Shown: positions 45,846 to 54,896 of the stretch, one piece after another
Numbering within the stretch: position 1 is the stretch's first letter
How the letters are laid out: every line of letters begins with the position of its first letter
Assembly (NCBI GenBank): GCA_965215925.1
Contig: CBDCEQ010000003.1
Span: 288,368-352,367 of the forward strand
Direction: 5' to 3'
Source of the DNA: Longimicrobiales bacterium
GTDB lineage: Bacteria > Gemmatimonadota > Gemmatimonadetes > Longimicrobiales > Gaopeijiaceae
Length of the DNA stretch: 64,000 bases
Position numbers and translations under genes: made by a program
Notes under the pieces: model-generated
The model's database searches: none
What the model saw: only the letters and a program-made list of their open reading frames with translations
What the model was told of the DNA's origin: nothing

Positions 45846-47735
45846 ATGCCCACCGCGCTTGAGGTTGCCTACGCTGAATCCCTGACCGATCCTCAGCGGT
45901 TTTGGGGTCGGGCAGCCGAAGATGTCCATTGGCATCGCCGCTGGGACTTGGTTCTCGACGAGTCCCGTCCCCCCTTCTTTCGGTGGTTTCGAGGTGGCCG
46001 GATCAACTGCTGCTACAACGCGGTCGATCTCCACGTGCACTCTGGCCGAGCTGACCAGCTCGCCTTGATCTACGACAGTCCGGTGACGGACACGGTGCGG
46101 ACCTATACGTACCGCGAACTCCTCGACGAGGTATCACGCTTCGCCGGTGTCCTGCGGGCCTTAGGGGTCGAGAGGGGCGACCGGATCGTGGTCTACATGC
46201 CAATGGTGCCCGAGGGGGTCGTGACAATGCTAGCCTGCGCCAGAATCGGGGCTGTACATGCGGTCGTTTTCGGGGGCTTCGCGGCCAACGAACTGGCGGC
46301 GCGAATCGACGACGCCCGTCCCAAGTTGGTGGTCGCCGCTTCCTGCGGGATCGAACCAGACCGAGTCGTCGCCTACAAACCCCTCCTTGACCAGGCGATG
46401 GATCTCGCGAAAAGCCAAGGGATTCGATGCGTGGTTCTTCAGCGCCCCCGATTGCAGTGCTCGATGGTAAAAGGACGGGATCTGGATTGGGATGACTTGA
46501 TGGCCGACGCGGAGCCAGTCGACTGTGTTCCTCTCGCTGCCACCGATCCTCTGTACATCCTCTATACCTCGGGCACGACTGGGATACCGAAGGGAGTCGT
46601 CCGGGACAACGGCGGACATGTGGTCGCCCTCAAGTGGAGTATGGCGGCCGTTTATGGGATGGATGCCGGCGACATATACTGGGCAGCCTCCGACGTGGGC
46701 TGGGTCGTCGGACATTCATACATCGTCTATGGACCCCTCTTCAAGGGCTGTACAACGGTGCTCTACGAGGGGAAGCCCGTTGGCACGCCCGATCCCGGAG
46801 CGTTCTGGCGGGTGATCTCGCAGCACGGCGTGAACGCGTTGTTCACAGCTCCCACCGTCTTTCGGGCGCTCAGAAGAGATGACCCGGAAGGGAAGCACAT
46901 TCGCCGCTACGATCTTTCTTCGTTTCGCACGCTCTTTCTTGCGGGGGAGCGCTGCGATCCAAGCACTCTTCGCTGGGCGGAGCAACGACTAGGTGTGCCA
47001 GTCCTCGACCACTGGTGGCAGACGGAAACGGGTTGGGCGATCGGAGCCAATTGCGTGGGACTGGGTCGGTTGCCCGTAAAACCAGGTTCCTGCACCAAGC
47101 CCGTTCCGGGGTATGACGTGCACGTTCTGCAGCCTGGGGGCGGCGAAGCGCCTCCGGATCAGATCGGCGACATTTGCGTCAAGCTACCTCTCCCCCCGGG
47201 TTGCATGTCGACGCTCTGGGATCAGGATCAGCGATTCGTTGAATCGTACCTCAGCGCCCACCCGGGCTTTTACCAGACTGCGGACGCGGGGTACCTTGAC
47301 GAAGACGGTTATCTCTTCGTGATGAGCCGGACCGACGACATCATCAACGTCGCCGGTCATCGGCTTTCAACTGGCGCTCTCGAGGAAGTGCTAGCCGCGC
47401 ACCAAGACGTAGCTGAGTGCGCAGTCATAGGGGCGGCCGACGCCGTAAAAGGGGAGGTCCCACTAGGGCTTGCCGTGCTGAAAACCGGAGTAACCCGGGA
47501 CGAAGGCGAGATCGTCCGCGAGCTCGTATCGATGGTGCGAGAGCAGATAGGCCCTGTGGCTTCCTTCAAAGTTGCCGGGGTTGTGGCCAGGCTGCCGAAG
47601 ACGCGTTCTGGGAAGATTCTCCGGGGGACCATCAAGAAAATCGCAGACGGTGTCGAGTACAACGTGCCTCCCACGATCGACGACCCGGCGATTCTGGGTG
47701 AAATCGGCGCTTGTCTCAGCCGGCTAGGCTACTGA
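45846..47735 (+). CDS. prpE: propionate/acetate--CoA ligase (AMP-forming acyl-CoA synthetase, PrpE-type)
   Basis: 629 aa, collinear with PrpE as recalled: PPFFRWF.GG..N...NAVD, LACARIGAVHAVVFGGFA, YTSGTTGIPKGVVRD, DVGWVVGHSYIVYGPL, LPPGC, LPKTRSGKILR, IDDPAIL. Confidence 0.7.
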   Translation: MPTALEVAYAESLTDPQRFWGRAAEDVHWHRRWDLVLDESRPPFFRWFRGGRINCCYNAVDLHVHSGRADQLALIYDSPVTDTVRTYTYRELLDEVSRFAGVLRALGVERGDRIVVYMPMVPEGVVTMLACARIGAVHAVVFGGFAANELAARIDDARPKLVVAASCGIEPDRVVAYKPLLDQAMDLAKSQGIRCVVLQRPRLQCSMVKGRDLDWDDLMADAEPVDCVPLAATDPLYILYTSGTTGIPKGVVRDNGGHVVALKWSMAAVYGMDAGDIYWAASDVGWVVGHSYIVYGPLFKGCTTVLYEGKPVGTPDPGAFWRVISQHGVNALFTAPTVFRALRRDDPEGKHIRRYDLSSFRTLFLAGERCDPSTLRWAEQRLGVPVLDHWWQTETGWAIGANCVGLGRLPVKPGSCTKPVPGYDVHVLQPGGGEAPPDQIGDICVKLPLPPGCMSTLWDQDQRFVESYLSAHPGFYQTADAGYLDEDGYLFVMSRTDDIINVAGHRLSTGALEEVLAAHQDVAECAVIGAADAVKGEVPLGLAVLKTGVTRDEGEIVRELVSMVREQIGPVASFKVAGVVARLPKTRSGKILRGTIKKIADGVEYNVPPTIDDPAILGEIGACLSRLGY

Positions 47736-47817
47736 TTGCGCGCCGCCGATTGGCTCTGCACGTTGGACATGCCCTTAACGACTTGGAAGAACAAACATCC
47801 AGCTACGTGGAGGTTTT

Positions 47818-48402
47818 ATGAGGCGCTCGTTCAGATTCGTTCGAAGTATCGTGGTGCTCGGTCTTTCGATCTCATTCCCCCTGTCGGCGTCCGCCCAAGG
47901 GGCCATGACCACCCTCTTCGACGGGTCCAGCCTGGACGGGTGGAACGTTCTCGGTGACGCCAATTGGGAGCTAGGAGAGGGTGCTGTGTCGGCCGACAGC
48001 GGAAGCGGGTTTCTCGTTACGGAGGATTCCTACGGCGACTTCGAACTGACGTTGGAATTCTGGGTCGATGAGCCGGCAAATAGTGGCATCTTCATTCGCT
48101 GTGCGGACCCCAACCGCGTTGCGGATACCAACTCGTATGAAGTGAATATCTACGATACACGGGCCGATCAGACGTACAGAACTGGCGGTATCGTCCACAT
48201 TGCTGCACCGACGAGCGTCATCAATGCGGGGGGCCAATGGAATAGCTATGAGATCCGGGCCCAGGGGCCGCGAATGGTGGTCACACTAAACGGTACACAA
48301 GTCGTCGATGTCAGTGACGATCAATTCTCGGAGGGCCCGATTGCCCTGCAGTACGGAGCCGGCACCGTGAGGTTTCGGAACGTGCAAATTCGGTCTCTCT
48401 AG
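47818..48402 (+). CDS. secreted DUF1080 (3-keto-disaccharide hydrolase-like) protein
   Basis: A signal peptide is followed by LFDGSSLDGWNVLG..NWELGEGAV...GDFELTLEF...NSGIFIR...IALQYGAGTVRFRNVQI. Confidence 0.7.
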   Translation: MRRSFRFVRSIVVLGLSISFPLSASAQGAMTTLFDGSSLDGWNVLGDANWELGEGAVSADSGSGFLVTEDSYGDFELTLEFWVDEPANSGIFIRCADPNRVADTNSYEVNIYDTRADQTYRTGGIVHIAAPTSVINAGGQWNSYEIRAQGPRMVVTLNGTQVVDVSDDQFSEGPIALQYGAGTVRFRNVQIRSL

Positions 48403-48433
48403 CCGATCAAGCTGATTCATGGGGGGGTAGAAT

Positions 48434-50638
48434 ATGGAGAGTCCGCGTACGTCGACGGCCATCGTGGGGAGCGCCTTCGCAGTTTTGGCGGCAGTCGTGT
48501 TGTGGCTTCCAGGCTTGGCCGCAGCGCAGCAGACGGGTGAGCCCCGGCAGGCCGATTACTCGTCGCAGCAGGCGGACGCGGGGGCCACTGTCTATGGAAC
48601 CGCCTGCGCTGGTTGTCACCTCCCGGACCTACGAGGTTCTGCGGAGGCACCGGAACTGGCGGGGCCGAGCTTCCGCGGGGGCTGGGGCAGCCAGCCCGTC
48701 GGCGTTCTGTTGGACTACACGCGGCGTTCTATGCCTGTGAGTGATCCGGGCTCTCTTACTCAGGACGAGTATGCCGCTGTCGTCGCCTTTATCATGCAGG
48801 AGAATGGAGTGGATCCGGGTCCTGCGCCGCTGAGCTTTTCGACCGATGGGTTGGTGGCGTTAGGCGATGGCACGGCGCCTGGTGCAGGGGATACGGCCGA
48901 GCGTTCGCCGGTTCCAGGACGGCCTGGAAACGTGCCAACGCCGGGAGGCAGGAATAGCCCGCCTGCTGCCGTCGGGGAGGTCAATGAGACGCCGACCTCC
49001 GTCACCGAGACTTTCCATGCGGTAGAGGGGTTCACGCCTGTTTCGGATGCGGAACTCAACAACCCTCCCCCCGACGATTGGCTCCATTGGCGCGGGAATC
49101 CCGCCTCGTGGGGTTACAGCTCGCTGAACCAAATCAATAAGGAAAACATCCATCGCCTTCGTCTCGCATGGGTGTGGGGGATGGAGGACGGAGATCGGAG
49201 TCAGCCGGTCCCGCTCGTCCGGGATGGTACGCTCTACCTCCCTAACTCGGGCAATGTCATCCAAGCACTAGATGCGAGTGAAGGCACCCTGCTTTGGGAG
49301 TACCGGCGTCAATTCCCAGTTGGATGTTCCACATGCGAGGCCGGGGCGCGGCTCCGGTCTCTAGCGATTTGGGAGGATTTGATTCTCGTCGCCACCGCAG
49401 ATGCCCATATGGTGGCACTCGATGCTCGGACCGGCACCGTTCGGTGGGAGACCCGGATTGCGGAGGGCGGGAGCTTCAGAAACAGCACCGGGCCCATCAT
49501 TGCGGACGGCAAGGTGATCAACGGGATCAACGGCTGTAGTCAGACGGCAGAGAGTTGCTTCATAACGGCCCACGACGCCCGTACGGGCCGTGAGCTTTGG
49601 CGCACGTTCACGATTGCTCGGCCAGGTGAGCCTCACGGGGACACATGGGGCGATCTGCCGTTGGAAGAGCGGGGTGGCGGTGATGCTTGGAATGGGGCCA
49701 GCTGGGATCCCGAGTTAGGGTTGGTCTACTTCGGGACGGCGCAGGCCAAGCCGCACGCCCCTGTGAGCAGGGGCCTGACGACCGCGGACTCGACGCTCTA
49801 CACGAACTCGACGCTCGCCCTCGACGTGAACGACGGCCACATCGTTTGGTATCGCCAGCACGCACCGGCGGAGGCGTTGGACCTGGATACTGGATATGAG
49901 CAGGTGCTGGTCGACGTGGACGGTGTGCTTCCCGTGCTCCTCACTGCGGGAAAGGACGGCGTGCTCTGGAAGCTGGACCGGCGCGATGGGCGGTTCCTCG
50001 GTCTGGCGGAGACCGTCTATCAGAACGTCTTCGACGTGCTGGATCGGGAGACGGGCGCGGTCGATTACCGCCAGGACATCCACGACATGGGAATCGGGGA
50101 GTGGCTCTCGATCTGCCCCTCGACAGCCGGCGGACATAACTGGCATTCGAGCAGCTATCATCCTGGAACCAGGTCGCTAGTCCTTCCGCTTAGTCAGAGT
50201 TGCATGGACTTCTCCGCCCGCGAGCGCTCCATCAGTAGAATGTGGATGGAGATGCCAGGCACAGGCGGGAATTTCGGCAAGCTTGCAGCTTACGACGTGG
50301 CCAGCATGGAGGAGCTCTGGACTTTCGAGCAGCGGGCGCCGTTTCTGACTGCGATTCTGACGACGGCGGGTGGGCTTGCCTTTGCCGGGGACTATGACCG
50401 GTGGATCCGTGCGCACGACGTTGAGACCGGCGAGGTGTTGTGGGAGAGTCGTCTGGGTACAACGGTGGAGGGGTTCCCGATCACCTACGAGGTTGACGGG
50501 GTCCAGTATCTTGCCGTGCCCACGGGCCGCATCGGTGGGAGCCCTTGGCGTGTGGCGAGCTTCCTCGCCGCTGAGTTTCAGAGTCCGCCAGGGAACCGAC
50601 ACAACGCGCTGTACGTATTCCGCCTCGCCGATCCCTAA
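48434..50638 (+). CDS. quinohemoprotein-like PQQ-dependent dehydrogenase with N-terminal cytochrome c domain, paralog 3
   Basis: Signal peptide. CAGCH heme motif with a distal RRSMP Met in the first roughly 110 aa, a Pro/Gly-rich linker, then a PQQ propeller ([19 protein letters not shown]...). Confidence 0.8.
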   Translation: MESPRTSTAIVGSAFAVLAAVVLWLPGLAAAQQTGEPRQADYSSQQADAGATVYGTACAGCHLPDLRGSAEAPELAGPSFRGGWGSQPVGVLLDYTRRSMPVSDPGSLTQDEYAAVVAFIMQENGVDPGPAPLSFSTDGLVALGDGTAPGAGDTAERSPVPGRPGNVPTPGGRNSPPAAVGEVNETPTSVTETFHAVEGFTPVSDAELNNPPPDDWLHWRGNPASWGYSSLNQINKENIHRLRLAWVWGMEDGDRSQPVPLVRDGTLYLPNSGNVIQALDASEGTLLWEYRRQFPVGCSTCEAGARLRSLAIWEDLILVATADAHMVALDARTGTVRWETRIAEGGSFRNSTGPIIADGKVINGINGCSQTAESCFITAHDARTGRELWRTFTIARPGEPHGDTWGDLPLEERGGGDAWNGASWDPELGLVYFGTAQAKPHAPVSRGLTTADSTLYTNSTLALDVNDGHIVWYRQHAPAEALDLDTGYEQVLVDVDGVLPVLLTAGKDGVLWKLDRRDGRFLGLAETVYQNVFDVLDRETGAVDYRQDIHDMGIGEWLSICPSTAGGHNWHSSSYHPGTRSLVLPLSQSCMDFSARERSISRMWMEMPGTGGNFGKLAAYDVASMEELWTFEQRAPFLTAILTTAGGLAFAGDYDRWIRAHDVETGEVLWESRLGTTVEGFPITYEVDGVQYLAVPTGRIGGSPWRVASFLAAEFQSPPGNRHNALYVFRLADP

Positions 50639-50695
50639 GCGCCAAGGGTCAGCGCCGGATGCCGCTCCGGAGAGCGCTGCACCGCTGCATCCCTG

Positions 50696-51168
50696 GTGAT
50701 CGACACCGTTCAGACCGGACTCTTCACCCTCCGCTTCTTGGGTCAAACGGACCGGGCCGAGTTCGTACGGATCCACGAAATCAGCCGCGAACACTTCGGG
50801 CCCTGGATGCCCCCCCTGAACCATCAGAAACCCCAGTGGACATGTTCGAGGACGAGCTGGAGAGAAGCCACAAGGGCCGGCTCGAAGGTACAGAGATCAG
50901 GATGGTGGCCGCGCTTCCGGACGAGCGCATCGCGGGTATCTTCGCCCTAAGCCAGATTTTTCTCCGGTCCTTTCAAAGCGCGTACGCGGGTTGGAGAGTA
51001 TCAGCGGACCAGCTGGGTCGTGGGATTGCGACGCTCGGGGTCATCGCGCTCCTAGATCTCGCCTTCATGCCTGACTATCTGAGGATCGACGGCGTGTGGC
51101 AAGATCATCTAATGTTCGCGAAGCTCGCGGATGAACACACACGACGGTTCCTCCTCGATGCCTCTTAG
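50696..51168 (+). pseudogene. RimJ/RimL-type GNAT N-acetyltransferase, frameshifted in a C7 run and internally deleted
   Basis: TGLFTLRFLGQTDRAEFVRIHEISREHFGPWMPP switches frame at CCCCCCC 50810-50816 to ...DMFEDELERSHKG...GRGIATLGVIALLDLAF-MPDYLRIDGVWQDHLMFAKL. About 35 aa between LDLAF and YL.I.G.W.DH are missing. Confidence 0.6.
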
Positions 51169-51621
51169 TTGGCGATACAGTCGATGAGCGAGGCCCCCAA
51201 AGTTGGCGTAGGGGTGGTCATAAGAAGAGGGCGAGATGTTCTGCTCATCCGTCGATCTGGTGTCCACGGAGATGGGACCTGGTCCACGCCCGGGGGACAC
51301 CTCGATTGGGGCGAATCGCCCGAGGAATGTGCGCGGCGCGAGGCCGAGGAGGAGACAGGCGTCCAAGTTGGGAACATCCGATTCCGCGCGGTGACAAATG
51401 ACGTCTTCGAGCCGGAGGCACGCCACTATCTCACGGTGTGGATGGAAGGCGACCACTTTGGTGGCGAGCCGCGCGCGAACGCCAAGAACGAGATGTTAGA
51501 GGTCGGCTGGTTCGACTGGGACGCGCTTCCGCCAAACCTGTTCTTGCCCCTGAGTAACCTCCTGAACGGACGATGCCTCCCCCCGGAGAAGGGCGGCCTG
51601 AACAGCGTTCTAGACCGATGA
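51169..51621 (+). CDS. NUDIX hydrolase
   Basis: GGHLDWGESPEECARREAEEETGV matches the Nudix box GX5EX7REUXEEXGU. 150 aa. Confidence 0.85.
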   Translation: MAIQSMSEAPKVGVGVVIRRGRDVLLIRRSGVHGDGTWSTPGGHLDWGESPEECARREAEEETGVQVGNIRFRAVTNDVFEPEARHYLTVWMEGDHFGGEPRANAKNEMLEVGWFDWDALPPNLFLPLSNLLNGRCLPPEKGGLNSVLDR

Positions 51622-51727
51622 TGAATTCGAGTTCATCTCCGGGCGGGCCGGTAAGAATCTCCACGCATACAGCGCTCTCCCGACGCGATGAGAGCGGACG
51701 GTCCGCCATGCCTATTGGAAACTCGGA

Positions 51728-51847
51728 ATGCGTGAATTCTGCGAAGTGCAGCGGGAGACCACGGACATGCTCGCTGCTCTTCAGGATCGAACACTCTGGG
51801 TTCAAAACAGCCTCACCGGTCGGCTTATCGGTGACAACAAGCTCTGC
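51728..51847 (+). pseudogene. glutathionylspermidine-synthase-like ATP-grasp fragment, 5' part (interrupted by IS256 copy B)
   Basis: The frame ...SLTGRLIGDNKLC ends at the IS and continues LAVLSDPEF at 53288 after removing the IS plus one 8-bp duplication. The upstream in-frame stop near 51690 leaves no room for the pre-ATP-grasp half. Confidence 0.45.
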
Positions 51848-53279
51848 GAGTGAGTCCCATCTTTAGTTGAAATTGAAGCGGCCTCCGACCTCAGGTAACG
51901 TGGGTGTGCGAGCACGCCACGGGACCAACAAAAGAGGAAGGAGGCCACCGATGGGAAGGATGCCGAGGCTGGTTGAGCGGGGCAAGAAGGACCGGCGGCT
52001 TGGGGAACCGAGCGAGATGAGTTGGGAGGAGATCCAGGCGCTGGAGCTGGACCCGCGAGTGGAGCTGATCCGGCAGCTGATTCCGCTTGGACTGGCGGAG
52101 GTGAGCCGGATGCTCGAGGAAGAGGTAGAGGAGCTGGCCGGGCGGCGGCACGCCCGAAAGGGGGACGACGAGAGCGGATACCGGCACGGGCACAACCCCG
52201 GGTCGGTGAGGTTGGGCGGCCAGCGGCATCCGGTGCGAGTACCTCGGGTGCGGGGCCGGGCCGGAGAGGTGAGGCTCGCATCGTACGAGCGACTCCACGG
52301 CTCGGCCGGAGAGGTGGACGAGGGGCTCTTTCGGAAGGTGCTGCTCGGGATCTCATGCCGAGACTACGAGGCGGCGGTCGAGGCGGTGCCCGGAGCGATC
52401 GGGCTGTCGAAGTCGAGGGTCTCGCGGGAGTTCAAGAAGGCCACCGCCGCGAGGCTGAAGGAGTTTCAGGAGCGGGACCTCTCGGTCTATGACGTGGTGG
52501 CGCTCGTCCTGGACGGGAAGAGCTTCGCCGAGGACGAGATGGTGGTGGCGCTCGGCGTGACGCTTGAGGGGGACAAGGTGTTCCTCGGCTTCGTCCAGAC
52601 CGACACGGAGAACGCGGTGGTGATCCGGTCCTTCCTCAGGGGCCTGAAGGACCGAGGTCTCGATCTGTCGGCCGGAGCGCTCGTGGTGATCGACGGGGCC
52701 AAGGGGCTCCGGAGCGGCGTGCTCGCGGCCTTCAAGGACCAGGTGCTGATCCAACGGTGCCAGTGGCACAAACGGGAGAACGTGATCTCGCACCTGCCGA
52801 GGGCGGAGCAGAAGAACTGGCGCCGGCGACTCCAACGTGCGTATCAACGGCCCACGTACAAGGAGGCCGCCCAGGCGTTGAAAACCCTCAAGCACGAGCT
52901 CGGCGAGGTGAACCAGTCTGCCGTGGCCAGTCTAAACGAGGGGTTCGAGGAGACCTTGACCCTCCACCGGCTCGGGGTCTTCCCTCTGGTCGGCCGGTCG
53001 CTGAAGACCACTAACGTACTCGAATCCGTCAACGCCATGGCCGAGCAACGCTGCGGACGAGTGGATCACTGGAAGACCTCGAGCCAGAAGCACCGATGGT
53101 TCGCGACCGTGTTACTCGAGATCGAGCCCCGGCTCCGGAGGTTGCTCGGCTACCGGCACCTCCCGCTCCTCAGGGCCGCGATACAGAAGGAGCTCGGGAT
53201 CACCCTTCCCGAGAGCAGTTCACATGCCGTCGCCTGACGAGGGGGTCGCTCCAGTTTCAACTAACTTTGGGATTGACTC
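51848..53279 (+). mobile_element. IS256-family insertion sequence copy B (1432 bp), 8-bp target duplication AGCTCTGC
   Basis: AGCTCTGC occurs at 51840-51847 and 53280-53287. The right terminal repeat is identical to copy A. The left repeat (51848-51883) differs from the copy A consensus at 7 of 36 positions. Confidence 0.9.
51951..53237 (+). CDS. IS256-family (Mutator-type) transposase, full length
   Basis: ATG at 51951 is preceded by GGAGG. 428 aa, containing VVALVLDGKSFAEDEMVVALGVTLEG (predicted first catalytic Asp) and CQWHKRENV. Confidence 0.85.
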   Translation: MGRMPRLVERGKKDRRLGEPSEMSWEEIQALELDPRVELIRQLIPLGLAEVSRMLEEEVEELAGRRHARKGDDESGYRHGHNPGSVRLGGQRHPVRVPRVRGRAGEVRLASYERLHGSAGEVDEGLFRKVLLGISCRDYEAAVEAVPGAIGLSKSRVSREFKKATAARLKEFQERDLSVYDVVALVLDGKSFAEDEMVVALGVTLEGDKVFLGFVQTDTENAVVIRSFLRGLKDRGLDLSAGALVVIDGAKGLRSGVLAAFKDQVLIQRCQWHKRENVISHLPRAEQKNWRRRLQRAYQRPTYKEAAQALKTLKHELGEVNQSAVASLNEGFEETLTLHRLGVFPLVGRSLKTTNVLESVNAMAEQRCGRVDHWKTSSQKHRWFATVLLEIEPRLRRLLGYRHLPLLRAAIQKELGITLPESSSHAVA

Positions 53280-53287
53280 AGCTCTGC

Positions 53288-53737
53288 CTCGCCGTTCTAT
53301 CAGATCCCGAGTTTGATTCCCTCTTCGATGCGGAAGACCTTGCGTTGATTCGGCGTCACCTGCCCTGGTCTCGAAATGCCGCGTTATGCGACCTGCACCA
53401 AATTCGGGCCATCCGCTCGGATCCAGCGAGCTACGTATTAAAGCGACCGCTGGATACACGCGGGCGCGGGGTTGTGATCGGTCGGGAAGCCGAGAATCGA
53501 GGGACATGGGCACGAGCCGTCGACAGGGCGGTCAGCCATTGTTGGCTTGTCCAGAGGTTCTGCACGACGACGCAGCTCGAGGCTGACGGCTTCGGTCGGG
53601 GTACCGGATGTAACCACGACCTTTCCCTCGGCATGGCGGGCGGTCGTTTAGTCGGTGCGCTGAGTCGGAGTAGCTCCGAGCTACGCACCAATGTGGCGCT
53701 GACCGGATGCTTGCACCCCGTATTCGTGGAGGCGTAG
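53288..53737 (+). pseudogene. glutathionylspermidine-synthase-like ATP-grasp fragment, 3' part
   Basis: LAVLSDPEF...IRRHLPWSR...YVLKRPLDTRGRGVVIG...WLVQRF...GRLVGALSR resembles the C-terminal ATP-grasp half of GspS-like proteins. Confidence 0.45.
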
Positions 53738-53877
53738 CCATCGCGCGCGCTATTGCCGACTTTGCGATAGCCGCCCAGCTTGACCTCCGGTCTGAGTAGC
53801 CTTCCCACGCTCCCCGGAGGAATCCGATGCTTCCCGATCCAAGAGCCCGGCACGTCAGAAACGGCAGCGATTCGCTG

Positions 53878-54885
53878 ATGGCCGTCCGTAGGCCAAGTGC
53901 GGTGCTCGTCGCGGTCGCGATCACGAGCCACATGCTTGCTCCCGGTGCCGTCCAGGTTGCGAATGCCCAGGAACCCCTACCTCTGGTTTCCGAGGCCGAA
54001 TACGAGCGATGGCAGTCCGACCTTTCCAACTGGGGTCGATGGGGGCCGGACGACGAGCTCGGCGCCCTCAATCTGATCACGCCGGCGAAGCGGCGAGCCG
54101 CGACTGCCTTGGTCCGAGAAGGGGTGACCGTCTCTCTAGCCGCCACGGCGCAGACCGCGCGCACCGTTGACAACCCCTGCCCGATCGATTGGGAGATGGC
54201 GAACGTTGGACAGACCGGAGCCACCGACAGGGTCGCATATCCCTGTATCCATGGGCCGGGAACGACCCACATTGACGGTTTTGGCCATCGATTCTTCAAC
54301 GGTCGGATGTGGAACGGAGATCTGGTATCAGATTTCGTCACGATGGAGGAAGGGGCCACGAAAAGCTCAATTCTCACACTGAAGGACGGAATCGTGACGA
54401 GGGGGGTGCTCTATGACATTCCGCGTCTCAAAGGGGTCCCGTATCTGGAGCCGGGGACTCGGATCACAGTCGAGGACCTCGAGGCGTGGGAGGCGCGGAT
54501 CGGCGTGGAGGTGGGTCCGGGCGACGCGATGCTCATCCGATGGGGCCGATGGGCGCGGCAGGACGCCATCGGACCGTTCGACACTGGGGCCGAGGCCGCG
54601 GGGCTGGATAACTCGGTCATTCCGTGGCTGAAGGAGCGAGACGTCTCGATCATCGGATGGGAGACGCCCGGCTACGTGCCTCAGCCCGCTGGGGACCTGC
54701 CCCGGATCGCCTTGCACGACTTCGCGCTTACCATGCTCGGGGTGCACCTTCTCGACCGTGCCGATTTCGATGCGCTTGCCGAAATGGCGGCCGCTCAGCA
54801 GAGGTGGGAGTTCCTGGTCACGATCGCCCCGCTTCCAATCCCAAACGGCACCGGCTCACCGGTCAATCCTATTGCGATGTTCTGA
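53878..54885 (+). CDS. secreted cyclase-family protein (kynurenine formamidase-like)
   Basis: MAVRRPSAVLVAVAITSHMLAPGAVQVANAQ signal. GPGTTHIDGFGH resembles the HxGTHxDxPxH cyclase motif. Confidence 0.65.
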   Translation: MAVRRPSAVLVAVAITSHMLAPGAVQVANAQEPLPLVSEAEYERWQSDLSNWGRWGPDDELGALNLITPAKRRAATALVREGVTVSLAATAQTARTVDNPCPIDWEMANVGQTGATDRVAYPCIHGPGTTHIDGFGHRFFNGRMWNGDLVSDFVTMEEGATKSSILTLKDGIVTRGVLYDIPRLKGVPYLEPGTRITVEDLEAWEARIGVEVGPGDAMLIRWGRWARQDAIGPFDTGAEAAGLDNSVIPWLKERDVSIIGWETPGYVPQPAGDLPRIALHDFALTMLGVHLLDRADFDALAEMAAAQQRWEFLVTIAPLPIPNGTGSPVNPIAMF

Positions 54886-54896
54886 GACAGAGCCAG

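Noticed and set aside
19953-53279. The two inverted IS256 copies as the arms of a 33-kb composite transposon.
   Set aside because: Each copy has its own matched target duplication (GATATCGGG for A, AGCTCTGC for B). The outer flanks of the pair do not match each other. The copies therefore inserted independently, and the block was not transposed as a unit.
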